Shown here piece after piece: positions 19,147 to 27,552 of a stretch of 64,000 bases of DNA. Made by a program: the position numbers and the translations under genes. The notes below the pieces were generated by a model. That model saw only the letters and a program-made list of their open reading frames with translations, did no database searches and was not told the DNA's origin. Positions within the stretch are counted from its first letter, which is position 1. Every line of letters begins with the position of its first letter. Origin of the DNA: Candidatus Marinacidobacterium sp. (lineage in GTDB: Bacteria > Acidobacteriota > Vicinamibacteria > Marinacidobacterales > Marinacidobacteraceae); NCBI GenBank assembly GCA_965204755.1, contig OZ242011.1, positions 160,001 through 224,000 of the forward strand, written 5' to 3'.

Positions 19147-20318
19147 CGGGCGGCGCCTTCCCCGGGGGGACGGGCGAAATCGGCGGCCGCGGCCGGCTTC
19201 GGCGGAGCGGGCGGCCCGGCGGGCGGCTCGTCGGTTGGGACCGACCGCCCGGGCGCGTCTTCGGGCTCGGCGGGCGTATCGGCGAGGGACGGGCGGGTGC
19301 GGTCGAGGAACTTTCCGGCGTCGGCGAAGCGGCCCTCCGCCGCCTCCGGGCGGAATCGGGAATCACCGAACCGGGAGTCACTGAACTTGGCGAGGTCGGC
19401 CTCCGCCAGGATGCCGGCGAGGAGCGGCAGCGCTTCCCCGGCCCGGCCGCCGAGGCGGGCGTCGAGGTCGGCGAGGATCTCCCCGGTGGTCCGCTCGCTC
19501 CACGCGGTCTCGAAGCGGCGCCCGGCGTACCGCTTCATGATCCCGGCGAGGCGCTCGTAGAAGCGGACCACCTCCCCGGCGGCGAGCAGGCCGGACTGCC
19601 CGAGCCGGGCCAGCGCGGCCTCCGCCTCGGCCGCCGGAGGCGGCAGCGGGACGGTTTCCTCCACCCTCGACCGCCGGCGGCGGAGGAACCAAAGGAGCGC
19701 GGCGGCGAGGAGGGCGGCGGCGAGGAGCGCGCCGCCGATGACTCCCCAGCGGGGCGGCGCGTCGAACAGGAACGGCCCCCGCAGGTCGTGGATGTCCGCG
19801 GCCCGCTCCCCGTCCTCCGGCGGCAGCGAGGAGACCACCCGGACCGGCGTCGGCGGCGCCTCGACCTGCCGCAGTTCCCCGGTCGCCAGGCGGAGGCCGA
19901 CCGGCAGCGCCGGGACTTCGTGGTCGCCGGGAAGGACCCCGGCCAGCAGCCGGACGATGAATCGGCTGCTCCCCGGCGCTTCCGCGCCGTCGGGCGGGGC
20001 GGTCCGCTCCGCGCCGAGCACGCGGAAGTCCCCGAGCGCCTCCGCCGGCGCCGGGGCGGCTTCGGCGTCGGGCGGATGCTCGACTACGACTTCCAACTCG
20101 AAGCCCGCGCCCACTTCGACCGGTTCGGAGACGACCGCCGCGCTCGCCCGGATCTCGGCCGGCATCCCGGCCGGCATCCCGGGCGGCGTCCCGGGCGGGG
20201 GCGCCGGCGGCTGTCCCGCGCCCGGAGCGGCGAAGGCGCCGACGGCGAGCAGCGGGCCCGCCGCCCGCGCGCGGAGGCCGGAGCGGACGCGCGGCCGCCG
20301 CCGCAGGTCGGGGATCAT
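19143..20318 (-). CDS. Bat-operon membrane-anchored protein (DUF4381/BatD-like)
   Basis: Signal peptide, IHDLRGP, a single TM, FYERLAGIMKRY...ERTTGE...ADLAKFS, in the usual position between DUF58 and batA. Confidence 0.75.
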   Translation of the reverse strand: MIPDLRRRPRVRSGLRARAAGPLLAVGAFAAPGAGQPPAPPPGTPPGMPAGMPAEIRASAAVVSEPVEVGAGFELEVVVEHPPDAEAAPAPAEALGDFRVLGAERTAPPDGAEAPGSSRFIVRLLAGVLPGDHEVPALPVGLRLATGELRQVEAPPTPVRVVSSLPPEDGERAADIHDLRGPFLFDAPPRWGVIGGALLAAALLAAALLWFLRRRRSRVEETVPLPPPAAEAEAALARLGQSGLLAAGEVVRFYERLAGIMKRYAGRRFETAWSERTTGEILADLDARLGGRAGEALPLLAGILAEADLAKFSDSRFGDSRFRPEAAEGRFADAGKFLDRTRPSLADTPAEPEDAPGRSVPTDEPPAGPPAPPKPAAAADFARPPGEGAAR

Positions 20319-21259
20319 CGCCGGCGCTTCTCCCGCCGGTCGAAGAATCGGCGAAGCGGGGTCTCGTAACTCTCCCCGGCCACCACCTCCACGAGTTCCA
20401 CTCCCGCTTCGCGGAGTCCCCGCCCCGCCTCCGCCCGCGCCCGTTCGGCGCTCTCCCGGAACGCCGCGGCGACGCGCCGGTCCGAGGTGTCGAGCAGCGC
20501 CCGGCGGCCGCTCTCCGCGTCTTCGAACTCGACCAGCCCGATCGCCGGCATCTCCCGCTCGCGGGGGTCGGTCACCCGGATGGCGACGAGGTCGTGGCGG
20601 CGCGCCGCCGCCCGCAGCGGGCGCGCCCAGCGGCCCGGCGGGTCGCCGAGGAAGTCGCTCAGCAGGAAGACGGTCGCCCGGCGGCGGGCGGAGCGCAGCA
20701 ACTCCCCCAGGGCAGCGGCCAGGTCCGTCCCCTCCCCCTCGGGTTCGTAGAACAGGAGGTCGCGCAGCACCCGGAGCCCGTGCCGCTTGCCCTTCCGGGC
20801 CGGGAGCCGGGTCTCCGTCCGGTCCGTGAAGAGCACCGCCCCCACCCGGTCGCCGGAGCGGACGGCGGAGAAGGCCAGGGCCGCGGCGACTTCCGCGGCC
20901 ACGGCCCGCTTGGCGGCGCCGGCGCTGCCGAAGGACTGCGATCGCGAGACATCGAGCAGGAACAGGACGGTGAGTTCGCGCTCTTCGACGAACTGCTTCA
21001 CATGGAGCGCCCCGGTGCGGGAGGTCACATTCCAGTCCACGGCGCGGATGTCGTCCCCCGGCGTGTAGCCGCGCACTTCGGAGAACTCCATCCCCTGCCC
21101 CTTGAAGGTGCTCAGGTACTGGCCGGCCAGGGCCGCCGAGACGAGTTTCCGGGTGCGGATCTCGATCCGCCGCACCCGGGCGAGGAGTTCGGCGGTGGTG
21201 ACCCCGCCGGCGTCGGCGGCCGCCGCCTCGCCGGCGCGGGCGGCCCGGTACGCGTTCAC
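20315..21259 (-). CDS. DUF58 domain protein
   Basis: FKGQGMEFSEVRGYTPGDDIRAVDWNVTSR...VKQFVEEREL...DVSRS. Start codon is uncertain. Confidence 0.92.
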   Translation of the reverse strand: MNAYRAARAGEAAAADAGGVTTAELLARVRRIEIRTRKLVSAALAGQYLSTFKGQGMEFSEVRGYTPGDDIRAVDWNVTSRTGALHVKQFVEERELTVLFLLDVSRSQSFGSAGAAKRAVAAEVAAALAFSAVRSGDRVGAVLFTDRTETRLPARKGKRHGLRVLRDLLFYEPEGEGTDLAAALGELLRSARRRATVFLLSDFLGDPPGRWARPLRAAARRHDLVAIRVTDPREREMPAIGLVEFEDAESGRRALLDTSDRRVAAAFRESAERARAEAGRGLREAGVELVEVVAGESYETPLRRFFDRREKRRR

Positions 21260-21275
21260 TCCCGTTCGGCGGCCG

Positions 21276-22301
21276 TCAAGGCACCTCGACGGCGTCGAGG
21301 ACCCGGCGGACGATCTCGTCGCCGTCCACTTCCTCGGCCTCCGCTTCGTAGGAGAGGATGAGCCGGTGGCGGAGGACATCCGGCGCCACATGTTTCACAT
21401 CCTCGGGAGCGGTGAAGTCCCGTCCGGCGAGGAACCCCCGGGCGCGGGAGGCCCGGTAGAGGTCGAGGCTCGCCCGGGGGGAGGCCCCGTGTTCGACGAG
21501 CGGGCCGATGTCCAGCCCGTAGGCGCCGGGGTCGCGGGTCGCGTCGGTGAGCGACAGGATGTAGCCGCGGATCCGCTCGTCCACATACATCGCTTCCACC
21601 AGTTCGCGGGCGGCGGCGATCTCCTCGGGGCCGAGCACCGGGGAAACCGTCGGGACCGCGAAGTTCGCCATCCGCTCGAGGATCACCCCCTCTTCTTCCC
21701 GCGAGGGGAACCCCATCCGGAGTTTCATCATGAACCGGTCCACCTGCGCTTCCGGGAGCGGGTAGGTCCCCTCCTGCTCGATGGGGTTCTGCGTGGCGAG
21801 CACCAGGAAGGGCTCCTCCAGCCGGAAGGTCTCGTCCCCGATCGTCACCTGCCGCTCCTGCATGGCTTCGAGCAGGGCGCTCTGGACCTTCGCCGGCGCC
21901 CGGTTGATTTCGTCGGCGAGCAGGAAATTGGTGAACACCGGCCCTTTCCGGGGCACGAAGGTCTGGTTCTTCTGGTCGTAGATCAGGGTGCCGATGAGGT
22001 CCGCCGGCAGGAGGTCCGGCGTGAACTGCACCCGGGAGAACTCGGCGCGCACGCTCTCGGCGACGCTCTTCGCGAGCAGCGTCTTGGCGATGCCGGGAAC
22101 GCCCTCGATGAGCAGGTGGCCGCGCGTCAGCAGCCCGACCAGGACGCGCTCCACCGCCGTCTTCTGCCCGACCACCACCCGGCCGAGTTCCGCGGTCAGC
22201 CGGTCGGCGAACGCCTCCCGGACTTCCCGCGCCCGCTCCGGGGAACCGGCGGCGACCGCCGAACCCGCCGGCGAATCCGCCCGCCTCTCCAAGTCGCTCA
22301 T
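21276..22301 (-). CDS. moxR: MoxR-family AAA+ ATPase
   Basis: GVPGIAKT (Walker A), QFTPDLLPADLIG, LADEINRAPAKVQSALLEAMQE, ATQNPIEQEGTYPLPEAQVDRF, GASPRAS. Confidence 0.96.
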   Translation of the reverse strand: MSDLERRADSPAGSAVAAGSPERAREVREAFADRLTAELGRVVVGQKTAVERVLVGLLTRGHLLIEGVPGIAKTLLAKSVAESVRAEFSRVQFTPDLLPADLIGTLIYDQKNQTFVPRKGPVFTNFLLADEINRAPAKVQSALLEAMQERQVTIGDETFRLEEPFLVLATQNPIEQEGTYPLPEAQVDRFMMKLRMGFPSREEEGVILERMANFAVPTVSPVLGPEEIAAARELVEAMYVDERIRGYILSLTDATRDPGAYGLDIGPLVEHGASPRASLDLYRASRARGFLAGRDFTAPEDVKHVAPDVLRHRLILSYEAEAEEVDGDEIVRRVLDAVEVP

Positions 22302-22452
22302 GTGGCTGTCCGGAAACTCCTCGGTAACTCGATTCCTCCCGCGGCGACCCCCTTCCCGGAAAACTCCCCGGGAAGGCGCCGGTTCCCGAAAATCCTAATC
22401 GGCCCCGCCCCGGCGGCTCCGGGACGACGACCGGCCTCGGACTTCGCCGCCA

Positions 22453-22471
22453 TGCGCAATCCTATTGCGCA
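22453..22471. promoter_or_regulatory. Perfect inverted repeat, putative operator in the divergent intergenic region
   Basis: TGCGCAAT-cct-ATTGCGCA between moxR and the TPR gene. Confidence 0.5.
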
Positions 22472-22581
22472 ATATGTCCGGGCGGCATCGCGTTCGCCCG
22501 CGGAGCGGCGGCTTCGTTAACATCCGCTAAACGATCTCTTCCCTCGCCGTTCCGGCCTGACGGGCCGCGGAGGTTTCCAAC

Positions 22582-24207
22582 ATGTCCCATCCCTTCGGTA
22601 AGCGCCTGCGCCTCGCGCTCGCCGGCTGCCTCGCCGCCGGCCTCCTCGCCGTCCCGGCCCTCGCCCGCGAGAAGTCCGAACTCGGCACGGTCCACTTCCC
22701 GAACTCCGGTTCGGAGGCCGCCCAGGCCGCCTTCCAGCGCGGCGTGGCCGCCCTCCACAGTTTCTGGTACGAAGAGGCCGCCGAGGCCTTCCAAAACGCC
22801 CAGGAGATCGACCCGGACTTCGCGCTCGCCTACTGGGGAGAAGCGCTCAGCCACAACCACCCGCTCTGGTACGAGCAGGACATCAGCGCCGCCCGCGAAG
22901 TCCTCCGGCGGTTCGGCGCCACCCGCGCCGAGCGGCGGAAGAAGACGCCCACCGAGCGGGAGCGGATGTACCTCGAAACCGTGGAAGTCCTCTACGGCGC
23001 CGGCGACAAGTTCGAGCGCGACCGGAAGTACCACGAGGCCTTCCGCCGGCTGGCCGAGGCGCACCCGGAGGACAACGAGGCCCAGGCCTTCTACGCCCTC
23101 TCCTACCTGGGACTGGTGCGGCGCGGCGAGCCGGGCTTCCACCGGCAGATGAAGGCCGGCGCGATCGTCTCCCGGCTCTTCCGGGACGAGCCGAACCACC
23201 CCGGCGCCGCCCACTATGTGATCCATTCGTTCGACGACCCGGAGCACGCCCCGCTCGCGCTGGAAGCGGCGAACCGCTACGCGGAGATCGCGCCCGAAGC
23301 GCACCACGCCCAGCACATGCCCTCCCACATCTTCGTGCAGCACGGGATGTGGAACCGGGTGTCCGCCTCGAACGATGTGGCCTACCGCGCTTCGGCGAAG
23401 TGGGTCGCGGACAAGAACCTCTCGATCACCAAGCGGGACTACCACAGCCTCGAATGGAAGGCCTACGCCGACCTGCAGCGCGGGGTGTACGGCCCGGTGC
23501 TCGACGCCGTCGCCGTGGTGGAAGCGGCCGCCGACGAGACGGATTCGATGCGCCTCGAGCGGATCGCCGCTTCGATGGTCGCCCGCCACGCCATCGAGAC
23601 CGGGAGGTACGACGCCATCACCCTTCCCGAGGGCGAGACGGACACCAGCCGGTACAACTCGACCGCGAACCTGCTGCTCGCGGCGGGGATGAAGGCCGCC
23701 GCGGCGCGGGACGCCGAGGGCGCCGACGAAGCGGCGCGGCGCCTGAAGGCGCTGGCGAAGGCCCGTGAGGAAGCCGGCGAGTCCTACCAGGCGGATTCCG
23801 TCCGCATCATGCTGCACGAAGTGAAGGCCCTCGCCGCCTCGGTCCGGGGCGACGCCGGGTCCGCCCTCGAACACGCCGCGAAGGCGACGGCGATCGAGGA
23901 GCGCCAGGATCCGCCTTCCGGCCCGACCTACCCGATGAAGCCCTCGCACGAACTGCGCGGGGAGTTGCTGCTCGCCGCCGGGAAGCCGGAGGAGGCGAAG
24001 GCCCAGTTCGAGACCAGCCTCACCCGGACGCCGAACCGGACCGCCTCGCTGCTCGGCCTGGCGCGGGCCTCCGCCGCGCTCGGCGACGAGGCCGGAGCGA
24101 GCCGGGCCTACGCGACGCTCGAGACCTTCCTGACCGAAGCGGAGAGCGATGTGCCGTTCCTCGCCGAAGTCCGGAGCAACGCCCGGACGACCACCGACCA
24201 GCAGTAG
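22582..24207 (+). CDS. Exported TPR protein with His-rich motifs
   Basis: GGAGG RBS, signal peptide, LGTVHFPNS...FQRGVAALHSFWYEEA, HPGAAHYVIH, HAQHMPSHIF. Confidence 0.88.
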   Translation: MSHPFGKRLRLALAGCLAAGLLAVPALAREKSELGTVHFPNSGSEAAQAAFQRGVAALHSFWYEEAAEAFQNAQEIDPDFALAYWGEALSHNHPLWYEQDISAAREVLRRFGATRAERRKKTPTERERMYLETVEVLYGAGDKFERDRKYHEAFRRLAEAHPEDNEAQAFYALSYLGLVRRGEPGFHRQMKAGAIVSRLFRDEPNHPGAAHYVIHSFDDPEHAPLALEAANRYAEIAPEAHHAQHMPSHIFVQHGMWNRVSASNDVAYRASAKWVADKNLSITKRDYHSLEWKAYADLQRGVYGPVLDAVAVVEAAADETDSMRLERIAASMVARHAIETGRYDAITLPEGETDTSRYNSTANLLLAAGMKAAAARDAEGADEAARRLKALAKAREEAGESYQADSVRIMLHEVKALAASVRGDAGSALEHAAKATAIEERQDPPSGPTYPMKPSHELRGELLLAAGKPEEAKAQFETSLTRTPNRTASLLGLARASAALGDEAGASRAYATLETFLTEAESDVPFLAEVRSNARTTTDQQ

Positions 24208-24226
24208 CCGCCGCCCGCCGATCGAC

Positions 24227-24280
24227 CCCGGCGGCGTCCCGGCGAGGGGGAAACCCCTTCGCCGGGACGCCGCCGGGTTT
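24227..24280. terminator. Long hairpin between convergent genes, probable bidirectional terminator
   Basis: CCCGGCGGCGTCCCGGCGAGGGGG-AAA-CCCCTTCGCCGGGACGCCGCCGGG followed by TTT. Confidence 0.75.
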
Positions 24281-24300
24281 CCGGCGTACGGCCGCCGGAC

Positions 24301-25200
24301 TCAGGGGCGGGCGGTGTAACCGGAGCGGGCGCGGACCCGGACGCCCCGGCGCTTCACCTCGACGCGGAGGGGGACGAAACCGCGGTGTTCCGGCGGAGGC
24401 GTGAAGGCGAGCACATAGCGGACGCGGAGTTCGTCGAGGATCTCGCGGAACGCCGCCGTCAGGTCCCGGTCGTCGCGCACCTCCACGGTCCGGCCCCCGC
24501 TTTCCTCGCTCAGCCGGCGGAGGAACCGCCGGCCCCGCTCGTCGGAGTCCACCGAGCGCGAAGCCCGGTGCGGCGGGGCGATCACGGCGTACACCAGTGA
24601 CTCGGTGGCCTGCATGGAGCGGAGGACTTCCGGCTCGCCCGCCCAACTCAGGTTGTCGTCGCCGTCCGTGAACACGAGCAGCACCCCCCGGCCCGACCCG
24701 CCCCGGAGCGCCGCCAGCGAGAGGAGGACGGCGTCGCGGAGCGCGGTCGGCCCTCCCGCCATCGTCCGCCGGATCCGCCGGCCCACCTCCGGGCCGCAGG
24801 GGCCGAAGGGCCGGAGCCAGCGCGCCACCATCGAGATGGCGACCACCGCGCAGGAGTCCCGCTCGCCGAGGGAGGAGGCGAAGGCCGTCGCCCCTTCGGC
24901 GAGCCGGCGCCGGCGTTCCCCCGCGGTGCTCGCGCTGACATCCATGGCGAACAGCACCGCGAGGGCGAGCGAGTCGCGGTCCACCAGCCGGAACCCGATC
25001 GGCTCGCCGGCGGCGAAGAGGGTGAAGTCGTCCGGCGAGAGGTCCTCCACCGGCTCGTCCCCCCGGAACGCGGAGACATCCACCAGCACCGCGCGCGTTT
25101 CCACGCGGAATTGGGATCGCCCCTCCGCCGGGCCGACCGCGGGAAGCAGCGCCGCGAAGAGCGCGGCCGAAGCGTGACGGCGGCGGCCGGCGCAGCGCAA
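24301..25200 (-). CDS. Exported VWA domain protein (Acidobacteria-type VWFA-related)
   Basis: FRVETRAVLVDV...DLSPDDF, DVSAS, GGPTALRDA, FTDGDDNLS, ELRVRYVLAF, VRARSGY. Confidence 0.85.
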   Translation of the reverse strand: MRCAGRRRHASAALFAALLPAVGPAEGRSQFRVETRAVLVDVSAFRGDEPVEDLSPDDFTLFAAGEPIGFRLVDRDSLALAVLFAMDVSASTAGERRRRLAEGATAFASSLGERDSCAVVAISMVARWLRPFGPCGPEVGRRIRRTMAGGPTALRDAVLLSLAALRGGSGRGVLLVFTDGDDNLSWAGEPEVLRSMQATESLVYAVIAPPHRASRSVDSDERGRRFLRRLSEESGGRTVEVRDDRDLTAAFREILDELRVRYVLAFTPPPEHRGFVPLRVEVKRRGVRVRARSGYTARP

Positions 25201-25222
25201 GACAGCCGGGATCAGGCCGGGA

Positions 25223-26293
25223 TCAGGCCGCGAGTCGGCGCAGGAAGGAGAGTCCCGGTTCCTCCGCCTCCGCCCAGGTGGTCAGGAAGTCCAGCCAGGG
25301 AGTCTCGTAGTCCCGCTGCGACAGGAAATCGCCGGCCAGTTCCGCCGCGGCCTCCCCGAGGCCGCGGTCCTGCATCGCCGCCACCAGCGCGGCGACCGCG
25401 GCGGGCGAGGAGGGGAAGGCGCTGACCGCTTCCCGCAGCGGCGGGATCTCGGCCTCGCCGGGCCGGCGGCGCATCGCCGACTCCGCGGCGAGGAGCCGCA
25501 GCGGCGCCAGCAGCCGCCGGGGGACCGGCTCGACCACGCGGGCGAGCGACCGCTCGGCGGCGTCGTAGTCCCCCTGCCCCAGTTCGGCGAGCGCGGTCCG
25601 CAGGTGGAGGTCGGCGGGAGTTCCCATCGCCCGGGCGGTGGCCCGGTCGGACGCCGCCGCCTCCTCGCGGCTCCAGCCGCGGCGGCGGACCGCTTGGACG
25701 AGCGCGCTGCCGGCCTCCTTCCATAGATCCTCTTGGCGCAGGTAGCGCGCGCCGAGCAGGTCGAGGGCGGCCCGCTGCCAGGCGAGGGCCGGGTCGCTCC
25801 GGGGACCGCCGGCGTCGAACGCGGACCGGGCTCCGCCCAAGTCCAACCGGGACAGGAGCATCCGTCCGACGGCGAGGTGGAGTTCGCGGTTCACCAGCCG
25901 CCGCAGGTCGTCGGACGCCGAGCGGCCCCAGGCGCGCCCGGCTTCTTCGCGGAACTCCGACGGGAGACCCGGCGGCCAACCCTCCTCCAGGGAGCGGATC
26001 GGCCGGGAGGTCAGCCGGCCCAGCGCCGCCGCCCCGCGGAACCGGGCGGCGCCTTCGGCGTGGAGCAGCGCCGCTGCGAGGCGCTGCCGGAAACCGACGG
26101 GCGTCCCCGGCGGCGGGCAGCCGTCGAGGAAGGCGCGCTGCGCCGATACCGCGTCCTCCGGGCGGACCTCGAAGGCGCGCCGCGCGGACTCCACGAACCG
26201 CCCTTCGCGGTACCCGGCCACCCACTCGGCGTACTCGCCGGCCGCGGCGCCCCGGGACCGGCCGCCGCGGATCCGGCCCGCCGGCCGCCGCAT
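25223..26293 (-). CDS. TPR-like helical hypothetical protein
   Basis: AAALLHAE, LGQGDYDAAERSL, SAFPSSPAAVAAL. Resembles the 8686-9747 protein (AALLHTE). Start codon is uncertain. Confidence 0.6.
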   Translation of the reverse strand: MRRPAGRIRGGRSRGAAAGEYAEWVAGYREGRFVESARRAFEVRPEDAVSAQRAFLDGCPPPGTPVGFRQRLAAALLHAEGAARFRGAAALGRLTSRPIRSLEEGWPPGLPSEFREEAGRAWGRSASDDLRRLVNRELHLAVGRMLLSRLDLGGARSAFDAGGPRSDPALAWQRAALDLLGARYLRQEDLWKEAGSALVQAVRRRGWSREEAAASDRATARAMGTPADLHLRTALAELGQGDYDAAERSLARVVEPVPRRLLAPLRLLAAESAMRRRPGEAEIPPLREAVSAFPSSPAAVAALVAAMQDRGLGEAAAELAGDFLSQRDYETPWLDFLTTWAEAEEPGLSFLRRLAA

Positions 26294-26298
26294 GGCGT

Positions 26299-27552
26299 CT
26301 ACCGGGAGGAGGGCGCCGCGCCGGCGCGCCGGGGCGGCCCCTCCCGGACGAGGTCGAGGAAGGCGCCGGCGTGGGAGACCCGGATCTCGGTCCCCTCGGT
26401 GAGCGGGACGGCCTCCCGGAAGAAGAACCGCTCCGCCCAGTCCCGGTCGAACCGCCGGATCCTCAGCAGCGTGGCGGCTTCGCCGTCCGGCCCGACCGCC
26501 TCCACCGTGAACCCCTCCGGGCCGAATCCCCCGCCCCCGGCGCCGCCGCCCTCCGGCGGGTAGAGCGCCAGGAGATCGCCCGAGAGGCGGGTGCTCCCCG
26601 CTTCGACGGCGACCGTCTCCAGCGGGCGGGAGTCGGCGGCGGCGGGAAGGACGACCACTTCCGGGAGGTGGCGGAAGGCGAGTCCCTCCGTCTCGAACCC
26701 CTTGCGGTACTCCAGGAGGAGGTGGAGGGCCGCGTCGGCGGGCAACTCGCGGCGGGTTCCCGGGGGCAGCCCGCCGGACTCCGGCCGCCGCCCCTGCCCC
26801 ACCACCCAGACGAACACCGGGACGCCGTCCTCGCAGCCGCCGCGAAGCAGCACCGCGCGGCGGAGGATCGGCGCGGCGGCGCCGGGGTCGAACCGGAAAC
26901 CGCCCGCCGCGGGCGGGGCGTCCTCCGGGCGTTCGAGCCGGACGCACCGCTCGGCTTCGGAAGTCCCTTCGCCGACCTCCACCGGGGCCTCCCCCCGGAG
27001 CCGCGCGGCGCCCGCCGGGAATCCGGCGCCCGGCGCCCCGCCGTTCGACTCCCCCCCGGTCGACTCCCCGCCCCCATCGGGCGGGCGACCCTCCGGAGCG
27101 AGGCCGATCGCCCAGTCCACCAGCAGGTTCGTCTCCCGTTCGTCCAGCGTGCGGGCATGCGCGAAGTCGCCGACGCCGTCGTCCGGCAGCCACGGCGGCA
27201 TCCGGCGCTCCAGCACCTGCCGGGCGATGGAGTTCGCCCAGGGGAGGGCGTCCGCGTAGCGCATCAGGTTGACCGGCGCCGGCCCCTCCCCGGAGTGGCA
27301 GGACGCGCAATGCCGCTCCAGCAGCGGACGGACCTCCCGCCAGTAGGCGTACCGCGAGAGTTCCGGCTCGTGCGCCGACGCGGCGCCCCCCACCCCGAAC
27401 GAATTCCCGAACGAATCCCCCACCGAGCCGCCGCCGGGGCCGAAGAGCGTGAGGCCGAGCGCCCACCCCGCCCCGGCGAGCGCTCCGGCGGCGAAGGGCC
27501 AGCCGGGCCGGAGGGCGGCCGCCGCCGCGCGCGTCCGGGTCACCGCGGGCAT
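26299..27552 (-). CDS. Monohaem cytochrome c fused to a degenerate Cu type II monooxygenase-like region
   Basis: HCASCH (CxxCH) followed by RRMPPW...LVDWAIGLAPEG, and C-terminal LLRIRRFDRDWAERFFFREAVPLTEGTEIRV. Confidence 0.7.
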   Translation of the reverse strand: MPAVTRTRAAAAALRPGWPFAAGALAGAGWALGLTLFGPGGGSVGDSFGNSFGVGGAASAHEPELSRYAYWREVRPLLERHCASCHSGEGPAPVNLMRYADALPWANSIARQVLERRMPPWLPDDGVGDFAHARTLDERETNLLVDWAIGLAPEGRPPDGGGESTGGESNGGAPGAGFPAGAARLRGEAPVEVGEGTSEAERCVRLERPEDAPPAAGGFRFDPGAAAPILRRAVLLRGGCEDGVPVFVWVVGQGRRPESGGLPPGTRRELPADAALHLLLEYRKGFETEGLAFRHLPEVVVLPAAADSRPLETVAVEAGSTRLSGDLLALYPPEGGGAGGGGFGPEGFTVEAVGPDGEAATLLRIRRFDRDWAERFFFREAVPLTEGTEIRVSHAGAFLDLVREGPPRRAGAAPSSR

